Source: Clostridia bacterium
Lineage (GTDB): Bacteria > Bacillota > Clostridia > Christensenellales > CAG-138
Length of the DNA stretch: 64,000 nt
Direction: 5' to 3'
Assembly (NCBI GenBank): GCA_017435905.1
Contig: JAFSEB010000032.1
Span: 16,640-80,639, forward strand
A program made the translations under genes and the position numbers. The notes beneath the pieces are model-generated. The model searched no databases. It saw nothing but the letters and a program-made list of their open reading frames with translations, and was not told the DNA's origin. Numbering within the stretch: the first letter of the stretch is position 1; the number at the start of each line of letters is the position of its first letter. Positions 18,104-26,966 of the stretch are shown piece after piece.

Positions 18104-19840
18104 TTATGCCTCCTCTCCCGTAAGGGCACCGAATTTGCAAAGCTGCATGCACACACCGCAGCCCGTGCAAAGGGTGTTGTCAATGCGTGCCTTGCCATCC
18201 TTCATGCTGATGGCAGGGCAGCCGATCTTCATGCACGCCTTACAGCTGCGGCACTTGTCCGCATCCACCGTCAGGGGCTTTTTGTGCTTCACATACTTGA
18301 GCAGCGCACAGGGGCGGCGGGAGATGATCACGGAGGGTTCATCTGCCTGAAGTTCTTCCTTCAGCGCCGCATCGCAGGCTGCAAGATCGTAGGGATCCAC
18401 CACACGCACCCTGCGGATGCCGATGGCACGGCAAAGGGCTTCAAGGTCGATCTTCGTGGCAGGGTCGCCCTTCAGGTTCATGCCGGTGGTAGGGTTCTGC
18501 TGGTGACCGGTCATGCCGGTGATGGAGTTATCAAGGATGATCACGGTGGAATTGGATTCATTGTAAGCGGTGTTCACAAGGCCCGTCATGCCGGAATGCA
18601 TGAAGGTGGAATCGCCGATCACCGCCACCGTCTTTGCGCTGGTCTCTCCCCCGTTGGCTTTGTTGAAGCCGTGCAGGTTCGGGATGGAGGCACCCATGCA
18701 GATGGTGGTATCGATAGCCGCAAGGGGCGGTACGGCACCGAGGGTATAACATCCAATGTCGCCCATGACGGTCACTTTATTCTTCGCAAGGGTATAGAAC
18801 AGACCCCTGTGGGGGCAGCCTGCACACATGACCGGCGGACGGTTGGGGATCGCTTCCGCAAGCTTGATGCCGCCTTCCGCCTTTTTGCCCAGCTTTTCCG
18901 CCACGGTATTCTGGGACAGCTCATCGATCAGGGGGAACACATCCTTGCCCACGGGATCAAGACCGAGCTGACGGCAGTGGTTTTCAATGAAGCCTTCAAG
19001 CTCCTCCACCACCACGAGCTTCCTGACGGAAGCAGCGAAGTCACGGATCTTCTTTTCGGGCATAGGCCACGCCATACCGAGCTTGAGCACGGGATATTTG
19101 CTGCCGAATGCTTCCTTTACATACTGGTAGCAGGTGCTGGCGGTAATGATACCGATCTCATCGCACTCGCCATCTTCCACCCTGTTCAGGGGAGAGGTCT
19201 CCGCATATTCCGTAAGAGCAGCGGTGCGTGCTTCCACGATGGGGTGACGCTTCTTGGCGTTGCCCGGCATCATGATATATTTCTGGGGCGTTTTTTCGTA
19301 TGCTTTTGCATGCTCCGTGCGCTCGCCCGGCTCCACCACGCTCTGGGAATGGGAAACACGGGTGCACATCTTCAAAAAGACGGGCGTATCGAACTGCTCG
19401 GAGATCTCATAGGCCGCTTTGGCGAATGCAAGGGCTTCCGCACTGTCCGCAGGCTCCAGCATGGGCACTTTCGCCGCACGGGCATAGTGACGGGAATCCT
19501 GTTCATTCTGCGAGCTGTGCATGCCTGCATCATCCGCAACGCCGATGATCATGCCTGCATTGATGCCGGTGTAAGCAATGGTGAAAAGCGGGTCCGCCGC
19601 CACGTTGAGACCAACGTGCTTCATGCCGCAAAAGCTGCGCTTGCCCGCAAGGGCTGCGCCGAAAGCGGATTCCATGGCCACCTTCTCATTGGGCGCCCAC
19701 TCCGCATAGATTTCCTGATATGCTGCCGCCGCTTCCGTGATCTCCGTGCTGGGAGTTCCCGGATAGCTGGAGACGAAGGAGCAGCCGGCTTCATAAAGGC
19801 CGCGTGCAACGGCTTCGTTGCCAAGCATCAATCGTTTCAT
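18104..19840 (-). CDS. iorA: Indolepyruvate:ferredoxin oxidoreductase, alpha subunit
   Basis: 578 aa with a TPP-enzyme pattern (GDIGCYT, GDSTF.HSG) and a C-terminal 2x[4Fe-4S] ferredoxin motif (CxxCxxCxxxCP, CxGCGxC). Confidence 0.92.
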   Translation of the reverse strand: MKRLMLGNEAVARGLYEAGCSFVSSYPGTPSTEITEAAAAYQEIYAEWAPNEKVAMESAFGAALAGKRSFCGMKHVGLNVAADPLFTIAYTGINAGMIIGVADDAGMHSSQNEQDSRHYARAAKVPMLEPADSAEALAFAKAAYEISEQFDTPVFLKMCTRVSHSQSVVEPGERTEHAKAYEKTPQKYIMMPGNAKKRHPIVEARTAALTEYAETSPLNRVEDGECDEIGIITASTCYQYVKEAFGSKYPVLKLGMAWPMPEKKIRDFAASVRKLVVVEELEGFIENHCRQLGLDPVGKDVFPLIDELSQNTVAEKLGKKAEGGIKLAEAIPNRPPVMCAGCPHRGLFYTLAKNKVTVMGDIGCYTLGAVPPLAAIDTTICMGASIPNLHGFNKANGGETSAKTVAVIGDSTFMHSGMTGLVNTAYNESNSTVIILDNSITGMTGHQQNPTTGMNLKGDPATKIDLEALCRAIGIRRVRVVDPYDLAACDAALKEELQADEPSVIISRRPCALLKYVKHKKPLTVDADKCRSCKACMKIGCPAISMKDGKARIDNTLCTGCGVCMQLCKFGALTGEEA

Positions 19841-19917
19841 TTATACTATTCTCCCTAAAAAAATTACAACTATTATAGCGCGGTTTTGTACTTCGAACAA
19901 CCGCTATTTTCCGTTTT

Positions 19918-21471
19918 TTATTTCATTTCCTCCGCAGGGCCTATGGAATCCGTTACGGCAACGGTAACGGTGCGGTCATAGCAGGCAAAAACCTTTTCCA
20001 CGTGGGAAGCATCCGGTTTTTTCGTGAAAACGCTCACCGCAGGAACGATCACAAGGCTCATGAGCATCACGAAGGCACCGCAATTGATGGGCGACTGCAG
20101 GAGCGCCGGAAACATGGGCTTTGCAAGCATATTGAGAAGCATGGTACCAACACCAAAAACAAAGCTTGCCCAAACGGAAGCGGTGCTGACCTTCTTCATG
20201 TAAAGGCCCCACAGGTATGGCCCGAGGAAAGCGCCTGCCATCGCACCCCAGGAAAGACCCATCAGCTGTGCGATGAAGGCGATGTTGAAGCGGTACTGAA
20301 TGATCGCCAGCACGCCGGAAAGTACGATGAAGATCAAAAGGAACACACGGATATTCGTGACCTTGAATTTTTCATCCGCATTGCTCTTCCTGTGCGGAAC
20401 AAGAAGGTCAAGGGTCAGCGTTGAGCTGGCGGTCAGCACAAGGGAGGAAAGCGTGGACATGGAAGCGGAAAGCACCAGCACCACCACAAGGCCCATCAGC
20501 ATCACGGGGAAAGTCTCGAACATTTTGGGGATAATGGCATCGTACCCCTCCACCGCCACGTTCACCTTGTCGGAAAGAAGCCTGCCGAAGCCGCCGAGGA
20601 AGTAGCAGCCGCCTGCCACCACCAGCGCAAAGAGGGTGGAGATCACCGTGCCCTTCACGATGGCGGATTCGTTTTTGATGGCGTAGAATTTCTGCGTCAT
20701 CTGGGGAAGGCTCCAGGTGCCGAGGGAAGTGAGGATCACCACGCCGAGAAGGTTGATGGGATCCGGTCCGAAGAAGGATGTGAAGGCGCCCGGTGCGGTG
20801 GAAACGGAAGTATCCATCACCTCCGCAAGGGACTGCATCGCTGCACCGAGACCGCCGAACTGGTCAAGTGCCGCCGCAAGGATCGCCACGATACCAAAGA
20901 GCATGATGACACCCTGAATGAAATCGTTGATCACGGTGGCCATGTAGCCGCCCGCCACCACATAAATGGCGGTGAGCACCGTCATCAGAATGATGCAGAC
21001 CGTGTAATCGATGTGGAATGCCATCGCAAACAGACGGGAAAGGCCGTTGTACAGCGATGCCGCATAGGGGATCAGGAACAGGAAGACGATAAGCGCCGCA
21101 CCGGTCCTGAGCGCCGGGCTGTTGTAGCGTTTTTCAAAGAAATCCGGCATGGTGGAGCTGCCGAGGTGCTGCGTCATGACACGGGTACGGCGCCCGAGGA
21201 TGGTCCAGGCAAGGTAGGAGCCGATGATGGCATTGCCAAGGCCGATCCACGTGGAGGAAATGCCGTATTTCCAGCCAAACTGTCCGGAATAGCCCACAAG
21301 GATGACCGCCGAGAAATAAGATGTGCCGTAGGCGAAAGCCGAAAGCCACGGGCCGACAGAGCGTCCGCCCAGCACAAAACCGTCAACGCTGTTTGAATGC
21401 TTGCGGCAATAGATGCCGACACCGATCATCAATCCAAAGAACACAACAAGCATCAGAATTTTAATTCCCAT
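19918..21471 (-). CDS. Sodium:solute symporter (SSS family) permease, second copy in the window
   Basis: 517-aa polytopic protein with the ..LGGRS.G.W.S.F....S..SA....G..G pattern. Confidence 0.85.
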   Translation of the reverse strand: MGIKILMLVVFFGLMIGVGIYCRKHSNSVDGFVLGGRSVGPWLSAFAYGTSYFSAVILVGYSGQFGWKYGISSTWIGLGNAIIGSYLAWTILGRRTRVMTQHLGSSTMPDFFEKRYNSPALRTGAALIVFLFLIPYAASLYNGLSRLFAMAFHIDYTVCIILMTVLTAIYVVAGGYMATVINDFIQGVIMLFGIVAILAAALDQFGGLGAAMQSLAEVMDTSVSTAPGAFTSFFGPDPINLLGVVILTSLGTWSLPQMTQKFYAIKNESAIVKGTVISTLFALVVAGGCYFLGGFGRLLSDKVNVAVEGYDAIIPKMFETFPVMLMGLVVVLVLSASMSTLSSLVLTASSTLTLDLLVPHRKSNADEKFKVTNIRVFLLIFIVLSGVLAIIQYRFNIAFIAQLMGLSWGAMAGAFLGPYLWGLYMKKVSTASVWASFVFGVGTMLLNMLAKPMFPALLQSPINCGAFVMLMSLVIVPAVSVFTKKPDASHVEKVFACYDRTVTVAVTDSIGPAEEMK

Positions 21472-21547
21472 TTTCTTTCAAAGGCAGCGCTTATGCCGCC
21501 TTTGAGGCACCTCCTTTTCTGCTATATTCCTGTATTTCTTTACCGCA

Positions 21548-23188
21548 TCATGCGGTGGTCTGCGCTTCCACGAGCCTTGCGCTCGAATACCGCTCTCTGA
21601 GCACCGGCTTTTCGATCTTGCCGGTGGGATTGCGGGGAACATCCGCAAAGATGACCTTGCGGGGCCGCTTGTAACGGGGCAGTTCCTCACAGAAAGCGTT
21701 GATCTCTTCTTCCGTGCAGGTCATGCCATCTTTGATCTCGATGATCGCCGCTGCGATCTCGCCAAGGCGGGCATGGGGCAGGCCGATGACCGCCACATCC
21801 TTGATCTTGTCATACCGCCTGAGGAAATCCTCGATCTGCACGGGGTACAGGTTTTCACCGCCGGAGATGATGACATCCTTCTTGCGGTCCACAAGGTAAA
21901 TGAAGCCTTCCTCATCCCTGCGTGCCATATCGCCGGTGAAGAGCCAGCCATCCCTGAGCACCTCTGCAGTGGCTTCGGGATTCTTGTAGTAGCAAAGCAT
22001 TACGCCCGGGCCCTGCACGATGAGCTCGCCCACTTCCCCCTCGGGTACATCCACGCCGTGTTCATCCACGATGCGTGCCGCCCAGTTATAGCCGGGAATG
22101 CCGATGGCGCCCACCTTTTCAATGTTGCCCACGCCAAGGTGTACACAGCCGGGGCCGGTGGATTCGCTGAGACCGTAGTTGGTATCGTACTGATGGTGGG
22201 GGAAGATCTTCTTCCAGCGGTGGATGAGGCTTGGGGGCACGGGCTGTGCGCCGATGTGCATGAGCCGCCACTGATCGAGCAGGTAGTGTTCAAGGTTGAT
22301 CCTGCCGTCATCGATGGCATCGAGAAGATCCTGCGCCCAGGGCACCAGCAGCCACACGATGGTGCAGCGCTCCTCCGTTACCGCACGGCAGATCCATTCC
22401 GGCTTCACGCCGCGAAGGAGCACCGCCTTGCTGCCGGCAAAAAGGCTGCCGAACCAGTGCATTTTGGCACCGGTGTGGTAAAGGGGCGGAATGCAGAGGA
22501 ACACATCCTCCCTCGTCTGCCCGTGGTGGTTCTGTTCCGCCTCCGCCGCACTCATGATGGCACGGTGGTTATGAAGAATGGCCTTGGGGAAGCCGGTGGT
22601 GCCGCTTGAAAAATAGATGGCGGCATGGTCCTCCGGAAGAAGCGGCACGGGCGGCGCTTCAAAGGAGCAGAAGGCTGCCCTTTCCCAGCAGGGCTCAGAA
22701 AAATCGGGGGCATTATGTCCCACAAAGAAGAAGGTGTGCACCCGTTTGCGAAGTTCATCCACAATGGGGGTAAGGCGGCTGATGAAGGCATCGCCGAACA
22801 CCAGCACCTCCACATCCGCAAGGTCAAGGCAGTATGCGATCTCATCGCCGGAATAGCGGAAATTAAGGGGAACAGCGATGCAGCCCGCTTTCATGATGCC
22901 GAAATATACCGGCAGCCACTCGATGCAGTTCATCATCAGGATGCCGACCTTTGCACCCTTTTTGAGACCTCGGCTCAAAAGCAGGTTTCCAAAGCGGTTT
23001 GCCCGCTTATCAAACTCGCCCCAGGTAAGCTCACGGCGGTAGGGTGCATCCGGCGTGCTGCTTTCCACAAGGCTGAATTCACGCCATGTGACAGCCTTAT
23101 CCCTCTCTTCGGAGGGATTGAGTTCCACAAGGCTCACTTCGCTGCCGTAAAGGCGAGCATTTCGTTCCAACAATTCGGTAATGACCAT
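21548..23188 (-). CDS. AMP-forming acyl-CoA ligase (adenylate-forming enzyme superfamily)
   Basis: 546 aa with YFSSGTTGFPKA (A3 motif), GYGLSE-like YGLSES, TGD and the GKI.K C-terminal Lys. GGAGG RBS. Confidence 0.9.
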   Translation of the reverse strand: MVITELLERNARLYGSEVSLVELNPSEERDKAVTWREFSLVESSTPDAPYRRELTWGEFDKRANRFGNLLLSRGLKKGAKVGILMMNCIEWLPVYFGIMKAGCIAVPLNFRYSGDEIAYCLDLADVEVLVFGDAFISRLTPIVDELRKRVHTFFFVGHNAPDFSEPCWERAAFCSFEAPPVPLLPEDHAAIYFSSGTTGFPKAILHNHRAIMSAAEAEQNHHGQTREDVFLCIPPLYHTGAKMHWFGSLFAGSKAVLLRGVKPEWICRAVTEERCTIVWLLVPWAQDLLDAIDDGRINLEHYLLDQWRLMHIGAQPVPPSLIHRWKKIFPHHQYDTNYGLSESTGPGCVHLGVGNIEKVGAIGIPGYNWAARIVDEHGVDVPEGEVGELIVQGPGVMLCYYKNPEATAEVLRDGWLFTGDMARRDEEGFIYLVDRKKDVIISGGENLYPVQIEDFLRRYDKIKDVAVIGLPHARLGEIAAAIIEIKDGMTCTEEEINAFCEELPRYKRPRKVIFADVPRNPTGKIEKPVLRERYSSARLVEAQTTA

Positions 23189-23231
23189 ATATTGACCTCC
23201 ATGGCAGCTTTGGCTGCCTTATTGACTGAAT

Positions 23232-23494
23232 AAAAAACCCTCCGCACAAACGTGCAGAGGGCGAAAGACCGCGGTACCACCTCAGTTTTGCTGCAAATGC
23301 AGCCTCAACGGGATACAAGCATATCCCCTGCGCTGTAACGGGCGCAACCCGTCATTGCCTACTTTGCAGTACGTGTTCGGCAAGCCGCTCGGAAAGGTAT
23401 TCGGCGAAAGCTTCCCCGCTGCCTCGCACCGACCGGCAGCTCTCTTGCAGGAACATCCAACGCTTACTTGGTTTCTTCAACGCATTTTGGTGTT
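23232..23494 (-). promoter_or_regulatory. T-box riboswitch leader with candidate specifier UAC (Tyr)
   Basis: On the minus strand: AGUA..GAA S-turn halves; AGAGAG plus GGUGCGA distal loop; AGUAGG; T-box core GGUGGUACCGCGG (23269-23281); terminator CCCUCUGCA-N6-UGCGGAGGG-U6 (23232-23261). Confidence 0.85.
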
Positions 23495-23500
23495 TTGAGT

Positions 23501-23529
23501 AATGTACCAAGTTTTTTGGCAGATGTCAA
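23501..23529 (-). promoter_or_regulatory. Sigma-A-type promoter of the T-box leader
   Basis: On the minus strand: TTGACA (23524-23529), a 17-nt spacer, then TACATT (23501-23506). Confidence 0.65.
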
Positions 23530-23568
23530 GAGCCGAAATGAAACAATATATAATTTTATATATTTTCC

Positions 23569-24099
23569 TCACTTTTCATTTCGAATGTGCATTCGCAGTT
23601 TTTGGAAAAGTTCTTCCCTGTTTTCTGTTGTGATGGTAAAAAGATCCGCCTTGGGATGGCTGCGCACTTCGTTAAGAAAGGCGATATCCTGCCTTGCTTT
23701 TACCGCTGCGATCACAGGGATATCCCCTTCAAGGGCAAAAAACACCGCCCGTTTGAATTGCTCCGCTTCCGTTTCCATGAATCCAAGCTCATCCATGACG
23801 ATCACGCCGCCCTGCTGCGCCTCTTCGATATACTGTGCCCCGAGGGTATTGAACACAGTTTTGTTTACAGCGTGCGTTCTTCCGTTGCAGATGCCGATTC
23901 GGTTTTCTTCTTCGCAGCGGTACTCCTCTTGCACACAGGCCGCCTTTTGAATGTAAATAGGATGGAAGCCCGTTTCATCCGCTGCCTGCCGCACCGTGCG
24001 AAAGCCGTATACGGGGCAGCCCCATTCCTGCTGCAGCCGGCGGATCAGTGTGCTTTTTCCTGCACCCCGCTCCCCGGTGATCAAAATATGCCGTTTCAA
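23569..24099 (-). CDS. P-loop NTPase (THEP1/NTPase_1-like small nucleoside-triphosphatase)
   Basis: 176 aa with Walker A GERGAGKST and Walker B-like VIVMDELG. Its start overlaps the XdhC stop by 4 nt. Confidence 0.7.
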   Translation of the reverse strand: MKRHILITGERGAGKSTLIRRLQQEWGCPVYGFRTVRQAADETGFHPIYIQKAACVQEEYRCEEENRIGICNGRTHAVNKTVFNTLGAQYIEEAQQGGVIVMDELGFMETEAEQFKRAVFFALEGDIPVIAAVKARQDIAFLNEVRSHPKADLFTITTENREELFQKLRMHIRNEK

Positions 24100-25109
24100 A
24101 GGTGCTTCCCCCCTGTTCTTTTGGCGCGCTCAAGGATCAGCTCCGCTGCGATGCTCACGGCGATCTCCGCCGGCGTTTCCGCACCGATGGGAAGACCGAT
24201 GGGCGAATGGATGCGGCGAAGGTCGGCTTCCGAAAAGCCCTCCTGCAGCAGCTTTTCGTTGGTGACAGCCACCTTCCTCCTGCTGCCGATGACGCCGATA
24301 TAGCAGGCATTCGTGCGGAGCATCTGCCGCAGCACGGTATAGTCATCCTGATGTCCACGGGTCATGATGACGGCATAGTCCCCTTCCGTAACGCCGATGT
24401 GGGCAAGCGCATCTTTGTAAGCGGCACAGATGATCTCCTTTGCATGGGGAAAGAGCGCTCTTTGCGCAAAATCCGCCCTGTCCTCATACACAGCAACGGA
24501 AAAGCCCGTGCGGTGCAGCACCGCCGCCAGCTGCTGCGATACGTGACCGCCGCCAAAGATAAGCACACGTTCGCCCCTTGAAAGGGGCTCTGCATAATAT
24601 GCCCCATCCCGTTTCGGGCGGCTGCCGAAAAGGTGCATGATGTGCGCTGCATCCGGCCCTGTGCCAAAGAGAAGTGCATCCCTGCCGTAAATGCCGACGG
24701 GGGCAGCTTCGCCCTCCACCTTTGTCACGAGCCATGTTTCATCCTGCTCCTCCACAAGGGAAGAAGCCTTCCCGAACAGAGCTGCATGTTCATTTCCTGC
24801 GCCAATAAAGCCGATATGCACCAGCACATTGCCGCCGCACACCATGCCGATATCCGCCGCCTCGTTGGGGGCAAGGTGAAAGGCTTCCACGGCGGAACGC
24901 TCTTTTATGAGGGCATCCTTTGCAAGGCGGATGCAGGCATATTCAAGGGCACCGCCGCCCACCGTACCAAGCGTGCTTCCGTCCCGAAAGACGGCCATTT
25001 TGGCGCCGCTTCCACGGGGTGCGGAGCCGTGGTCTTCGATGATGCTGCAAAGGGCTGCATCCTTTCCCTCCGAAAGGGCAGCTGCAAGCATCGCATAAAG
25101 CTGTTTCAA
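24096..25109 (-). CDS. XdhC/CoxI-family molybdenum-hydroxylase maturation protein
   Basis: 337 aa. The N-terminal XdhC_CoxI pattern (..GS.PR..GAKM.V...G...G..GGG..E) is followed by the Rossmann-like part (IFGGGHV...LA......G..V.V.D.R). Confidence 0.85.
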   Translation of the reverse strand: MKQLYAMLAAALSEGKDAALCSIIEDHGSAPRGSGAKMAVFRDGSTLGTVGGGALEYACIRLAKDALIKERSAVEAFHLAPNEAADIGMVCGGNVLVHIGFIGAGNEHAALFGKASSLVEEQDETWLVTKVEGEAAPVGIYGRDALLFGTGPDAAHIMHLFGSRPKRDGAYYAEPLSRGERVLIFGGGHVSQQLAAVLHRTGFSVAVYEDRADFAQRALFPHAKEIICAAYKDALAHIGVTEGDYAVIMTRGHQDDYTVLRQMLRTNACYIGVIGSRRKVAVTNEKLLQEGFSEADLRRIHSPIGLPIGAETPAEIAVSIAAELILERAKRTGGKHL

Positions 25110-25122
25110 AGGCGCACCTCCT

Positions 25123-26193
25123 TTACGGCTGTAGTTTGCCGAGCGAATTGGCTGTCATAGCATCAAACTGTTCCCGGCTGAGCGTGCTGTGATAGAAAAG
25201 GCGGAAAAACTCCGAAGCGGCATCATAGAAATCGCCCCCGTATTCCGCAGGATACAGCAGCGCCGCCAGCCATTGCATGCCAAGATACCGCTGCACGGAG
25301 GGCGGAAAGCTGAGCCAGTTGTGGGGGCCGACGGGCACTTCATAATACGTTCCCTGCCTGATGGCGGTCATCTGCTGCCAAAGGGGATCCTGCCCCACAT
25401 CCGCAAACACGCTGTCCTGCCCGAACACGATCACTTCAGGGTCCCAGAGAAGCAGCTGTTCCATATCTGCCTCGTTGCCGGTACCGCGGCTTGAGGGGGC
25501 ATCCACCACCGCCCTGTTGTCGGAAAGAAGGTCGATGACCTCCGAATGGTAGCTGTTCGCTGCGATCACATTGAGCCCTGCATCCCCAAGGCAGTAAAGA
25601 AGGCTTTTCTTTTCCACACGCTGTGCAAGGGCTTTTGTTTCCGCATACACACGCTCGCAGTAAGAGGCAAGCTCTTCCGCTTCCGCTTCCATGCCGAGCA
25701 GCTTGCCCAGCATGCGGTAGCCTTCCCCTGCGGTTTCCACGGTGACGCCAACGTGCACGAAGGGAATACCCGTCTGCCCGCTGAGGGCATCAAGCTCCTC
25801 CCCCATGCCATCCTTCGTTTCGCCCACATCAATGACGATATCCGCTCCGCTTGCAAGCAGCGCTTCCGGGTCAAGGTCGCCCTTGCCGCCGTAAAGCTGT
25901 CCAAGTTCCGGCAGGTCATGATATTTTGCATCAAGATACGCAAGCTCCGTTTCATTCCATGCGGAGGAAATGCCGACAAGAAGATCCGGGCAAAGGGCAA
26001 ACACATATATCTGCGCCAAGGGGCCGGATACCGCCACTTTTTCGATCTTCTTCGGCACGTTCACATCCCTGCCGGTGGAATCCGTAAAGATCCCGGTATT
26101 CTTTTCGCTTTTTTCGCCTGCACTGCAGCCGAAAAGGGAAAAGCAAAGCGCTGCCGCAAGGACAAGTGCGGCGATCCGTTTGCTGATTCGCAT
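25123..26193 (-). CDS. ABC substrate-binding lipoprotein (iron-chelate/cobalamin class, Peripla_BP_2-like)
   Basis: Lipobox LFGC. The overall pattern is that of a class III binding protein. I prefer the second ATG (MRISKR, 26193) because AAGGAAGG lies 9 nt upstream of it; the track start is 26202. Confidence 0.8.
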   Translation of the reverse strand: MRISKRIAALVLAAALCFSLFGCSAGEKSEKNTGIFTDSTGRDVNVPKKIEKVAVSGPLAQIYVFALCPDLLVGISSAWNETELAYLDAKYHDLPELGQLYGGKGDLDPEALLASGADIVIDVGETKDGMGEELDALSGQTGIPFVHVGVTVETAGEGYRMLGKLLGMEAEAEELASYCERVYAETKALAQRVEKKSLLYCLGDAGLNVIAANSYHSEVIDLLSDNRAVVDAPSSRGTGNEADMEQLLLWDPEVIVFGQDSVFADVGQDPLWQQMTAIRQGTYYEVPVGPHNWLSFPPSVQRYLGMQWLAALLYPAEYGGDFYDAASEFFRLFYHSTLSREQFDAMTANSLGKLQP

Positions 26194-26231
26194 ACTGCCC
26201 ATCCTTCCTTTTAAAAGATATCGGTTTTGTT

Positions 26232-26966
26232 TTATGAAGAAAAGGAATCCGGAATATCCTTTACATCAAGCACGATCATGCCAAGGGGCCTTTGGGAAGG
26301 CAGATAATACGGGAAGCGTCCGGAACCGGTTTTTATCAGCCGGTTCAGCACCTCCTGCCTCGTATAATGCAGACCGTTCTTTTCATACATGCGGAAGAAA
26401 TGCTCCGCATCCTGCAGCGTGGAAAAAGGCTGCCCCATATCCACGGTAAATGTTTCCGCCTCAAAGGGGATGCCAAGGCATTCCAGCTGTGCTGCCGTCT
26501 CCCGAAAGGAAAGGCGGGTATGGGGGCTTTCCACCACGCTGAAGCGGCGCCCTTCGTGTGCCCGTTTGATGAGGATCGCCTTTTTGCGGCATTGCTGTTT
26601 TACGGCACGAAGGGTCTCCTCCACCTTTCCGAAAAAGCAGAATACCATGGCATCATAGGGCGTTTCCGGCTGCATGGCAAAAAGGTCACCCTGCACGGGG
26701 ATCACATTTTCGCAGCCGTTATGCATGGCAAGGTAACAAAGCACATCATAGGCTTCCCGGTCCCGTTCCACCGCCGTGACACGGGCGCAGTGCTGTGACA
26801 GGGCAAAGCTCAAAAAGCCAAGACCTGCCCCTGCATCGCACACATGATCCTCCCTGCCGATATGGGGCAGGATACGGTCTGCGATCTGCCTGTCGAACCC
26901 CACTTCCTCCCCGGCATCGATGCGGTAGCGGATGGTCTCCCTGTTCCATTCAAACACGCTCTTCAC
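26232..26966 (-). CDS. Class I SAM-dependent methyltransferase
   Basis: 244 aa with motif I VCDAGAGLGFLS. Its start overlaps the ATPase gene by 17 nt. Confidence 0.8.
   Translation of the reverse strand: MKSVFEWNRETIRYRIDAGEEVGFDRQIADRILPHIGREDHVCDAGAGLGFLSFALSQHCARVTAVERDREAYDVLCYLAMHNGCENVIPVQGDLFAMQPETPYDAMVFCFFGKVEETLRAVKQQCRKKAILIKRAHEGRRFSVVESPHTRLSFRETAAQLECLGIPFEAETFTVDMGQPFSTLQDAEHFFRMYEKNGLHYTRQEVLNRLIKTGSGRFPYYLPSQRPLGMIVLDVKDIPDSFSS

Noticed and set aside
18284-19858. 524-aa plus-strand ORF opposite iorA. Similar cases are 16405-17463, 21773-22609, 30835-32457, 38467-39963, 42276-43355 and 45866-47014.
   Set aside because: All are antisense to genes with clear family signatures, all lack translation signals, and all have the same Arg/Gly/His/Ala-rich artefact composition.
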